Positions 61,939 through 64,000 of a stretch of 64,000 bases of DNA are shown piece by piece. The notes under the pieces are model-generated. The model was not told the origin of the DNA. It did not search any database and worked only from the letters and a program-made list of their open reading frames with translations. The DNA is taken from NCBI GenBank assembly GCA_007130045.1, contig SLTG01000053.1, positions 35,922 through 99,921 of the forward strand, read 5' to 3'. How positions within the stretch are numbered: the stretch's first letter is position 1; every line of letters begins with the position of its first letter. A program made the position numbers and the translations under genes. This DNA comes from Opitutales bacterium. Its GTDB lineage: Bacteria; Verrucomicrobiota; Verrucomicrobiia; Opitutales; T3Sed10-336.

Positions 61939-62670
61939 ATGACACCACCGGCTCCATCACACGAGAATATAGCACTGCTCATCGATGCTGACAACGCCCC
62001 CGCGTCCAAGATCGATTTCATCATCGCCGAGCTGGCCTCGTACGGAGTCGTCAACATCCGCCGGGCCTACGGCAACTGGAAAAAACAGGAGCTGGCGGGC
62101 TGGGAAAAGATCCTCCACGATTACGCGATCCAGCCCGTCCAGCACTTCGACCTGATCAAGGGAAAAAATGCCAGCGATATGGCGTTGCTGATCGACGCGA
62201 TGGACCTGCTCTATACGAAGAGCGTCGGAACGTTTTGTCTGGTCTCCTCCGATTGCGATTTCACCCCATTGATCCTGCGCCTGCGTGCCGACGGGAAGCA
62301 GGTGATCGGTTTCGGAGGGAAGAACGCGCCGTTGCCCTTCGTGAACAGTTGCACCCGTTTTCTCTACCTGGAGGAGGAAAAGAAGACGACAAGTACCGCG
62401 GCGGACAAGCGGCCCACCGGGGCGCAATTGAAGAGGGATTCAAAGTTGATGAACATCCTGCGCAGCGCGGTGGAGGCGGTGGAGGACGAGGACGGATGGG
62501 CGCCGCTGGGTTCGATCGGCTCCCACATCGCCAACCAGGGCTCATTCGATTCCCGCAACTACGGCTTCCGCAAACTGAGCGACCTGTTCTCCGCGATCGA
62601 CTTGTTCGAGGTCAGGAAGGAAAAAGAAGGCGACACCACCCGAATCATGGTACGGCGCGTGCCACGATGA
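61939..62670 (+). CDS. NYN (LabA-like) ribonuclease domain protein with C-terminal OST-HTH/LOTUS domain
   Basis: IALLIDADN..RAYGNW..LVSSDCDFTPL (NYN acidic residues). The C-terminal DGWAPLGSIGSHI..FDSRNYGFRKLSDL is a LOTUS pattern. Confidence 0.85.
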   Translation: MTPPAPSHENIALLIDADNAPASKIDFIIAELASYGVVNIRRAYGNWKKQELAGWEKILHDYAIQPVQHFDLIKGKNASDMALLIDAMDLLYTKSVGTFCLVSSDCDFTPLILRLRADGKQVIGFGGKNAPLPFVNSCTRFLYLEEEKKTTSTAADKRPTGAQLKRDSKLMNILRSAVEAVEDEDGWAPLGSIGSHIANQGSFDSRNYGFRKLSDLFSAIDLFEVRKEKEGDTTRIMVRRVPR

Positions 62671-62818
62671 ACGAGACCGTTCGGGTCGCCGAAAGTACAA
62701 TGACCGCGATGATGGGCCGCATCAGTGTCAGCACGGGCGCTGCCGCCTTGCCCAAGACGGGATGGCGACCCCGCATTTTTATATGGTAATTGCGGGGTGG
62801 AACACTAGGGTTCGGAAA

Positions 62819-63946
62819 ATGGCCGACAAGAATAAGGACAATGATCCTTTTGATCCCGTGGAAGTGGCGATCGAGGCGATCGCCGCGGGCGGGATGGTTG
62901 TGGTGACGGATGACGAAACTCGCGAGAACGAGGGAGACCTCGTCATGGCGGCATCCAAGGTGACGCCCGAGACGGTCAATATGATGATCCTGCACGCGCG
63001 CGGTCTGATCTGCGTGCCGACAACGAGTTCACAGCTCAAGCGACTCGGGATCAATCAGATGGTTTCTGAAAACCGCGATCCGTATCGCACGGACTTCTCT
63101 ATATCGGTGGACGCCGCCGAGGATATTACGACCGGAATCAGCGCGTACGACCGGTGCCGTACGATCCGGCTGCTGGCCGACCCGGAAAGTCGTCCGGACG
63201 ATCTTGTCCAGCCGGGCCACGTGTTCCCGCTTCGTGCGAAGCCGGGAGGCGTCCTCGAACGGGCCGGGCATACCGAGGCGTCGGTCGACCTCGCCTCGCT
63301 CGCCGGACTGCATCCCAGCGGAGTGATTTGCGAGATCCTCAACAAGGACGGAACCGTTGCGCGGGTGCCCGAGTTGCGGGAATTCAAGAATCAATTCGGC
63401 ATGCCGATGATTTCAATCGCCTCGCTCATCGATTACCGGCGGCGGCGCGAAAAGCTGGTGGAGGAGATTCACCGGCGTCCTTTCGAGTCGGAGTTCGGGA
63501 CGTTTGACTTGCACCTTTTCCGAAGCCGGTTGGACGACCGGTACCATCTCGCCTTGACGATGGGGGACCTCGGTACGTCTCCGATCTTCGTACGCGTCCA
63601 CAGCGAGAACGTCCTCAGCGACGTGTTTCGCGGCAGCGGAATCGGCAGCTACCATTCGTTGACGGCCTCGTTGAAGAAGATTGCCCAAGAAGGCTGCGGA
63701 GCCGTCGTATACATCGGTCGGCCGCACGACGGGCTCAATCACCTGGTGGACCGATCGCCGGTCGCAAAGGCTTCCGGCCGGGCTGAGTCGCCTCCGCCTG
63801 CCGAGTTCCGCGACTACGGCATCGGGGCGCAGATTTTGGTGGCCCTGGGACTTCGCAGGATCCGCCTCTTGACGAGCCATGCGCGTCACGTCGTCGGCCT
63901 GGAAGGCTACGGTCTGGAGATCGTCGAACAATGTCCGCCTGATTGA
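62819..63946 (+). CDS. ribBA: 3,4-dihydroxy-2-butanone-4-phosphate synthase fused to a degenerate GTP cyclohydrolase II-like domain (RibBX-type)
   Basis: The RibB half is intact (DDETRENEGDL, GHTEAS). The RibA-like half lacks the three zinc Cys (RVHSENVLSDVFRGSGIGSYHSL). Confidence 0.9.
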   Translation: MADKNKDNDPFDPVEVAIEAIAAGGMVVVTDDETRENEGDLVMAASKVTPETVNMMILHARGLICVPTTSSQLKRLGINQMVSENRDPYRTDFSISVDAAEDITTGISAYDRCRTIRLLADPESRPDDLVQPGHVFPLRAKPGGVLERAGHTEASVDLASLAGLHPSGVICEILNKDGTVARVPELREFKNQFGMPMISIASLIDYRRRREKLVEEIHRRPFESEFGTFDLHLFRSRLDDRYHLALTMGDLGTSPIFVRVHSENVLSDVFRGSGIGSYHSLTASLKKIAQEGCGAVVYIGRPHDGLNHLVDRSPVAKASGRAESPPPAEFRDYGIGAQILVALGLRRIRLLTSHARHVVGLEGYGLEIVEQCPPD

Positions 63947-64000
63947 GCAGGGTGACGGACTGTGCGCCTGAAAAGGCGGCATTGCCCTGAAAGTCCGGAC

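Noticed and set aside
62671-62818. Possible FMN riboswitch upstream of ribBA
   Set aside because: A few short resemblances exist (gatgatgg..catcag, aagacgggatgg). The conserved GGGTG.AATTCCC core and the six-helix junction could not be found. A covariance-model (RF00050) scan is needed, but by eye I do not support the call.

Overview
GC-rich bacterial chromosomal segment. Gene content and protein style suggest a diderm of the PVC/Verrucomicrobiota type, but that is inference only. I call about 55 protein-coding genes and saw no rRNA, tRNA, CRISPR array or IS/transposase by eye. Most of the window is housekeeping: proB, frr, pyrH, trpA, nrdR, trpG, tgt, secA, lnt, purN, prmA, clpP, a fur-like regulator with sufCBDT, tal, comM, a peptide ABC importer, a hexuronate catabolism cluster and ribBA. 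Four parts stand out. (1) 52.3-56.0 kb holds a tandem pair of dynamin-superfamily GTPases. The second member aligns collinearly with eukaryotic EHD ATPases but carries a hydrophobic hairpin instead of an EH domain. This is my top candidate for an undescribed system. (2) 0-8.9 kb looks like an operon of a secreted S8 protease with Ig I-set-like modules, a 2118-aa secreted giant protein built from PD40 blades flanking about 9 copies of an unrecognised ~100-aa module (including a recent tandem duplication), and a mini-lipoprotein. (3) Several enzymes have degenerate cofactor sites: RibBA lacks the GTP cyclohydrolase II zinc cysteines, and Tgt lacks 2 of its 4 zinc ligands. (4) A PAS sensor kinase is truncated just after its H-box. 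Start codons were chosen by eye and several are uncertain. All family assignments rest on motifs I recognise in the translations, not on database searches.
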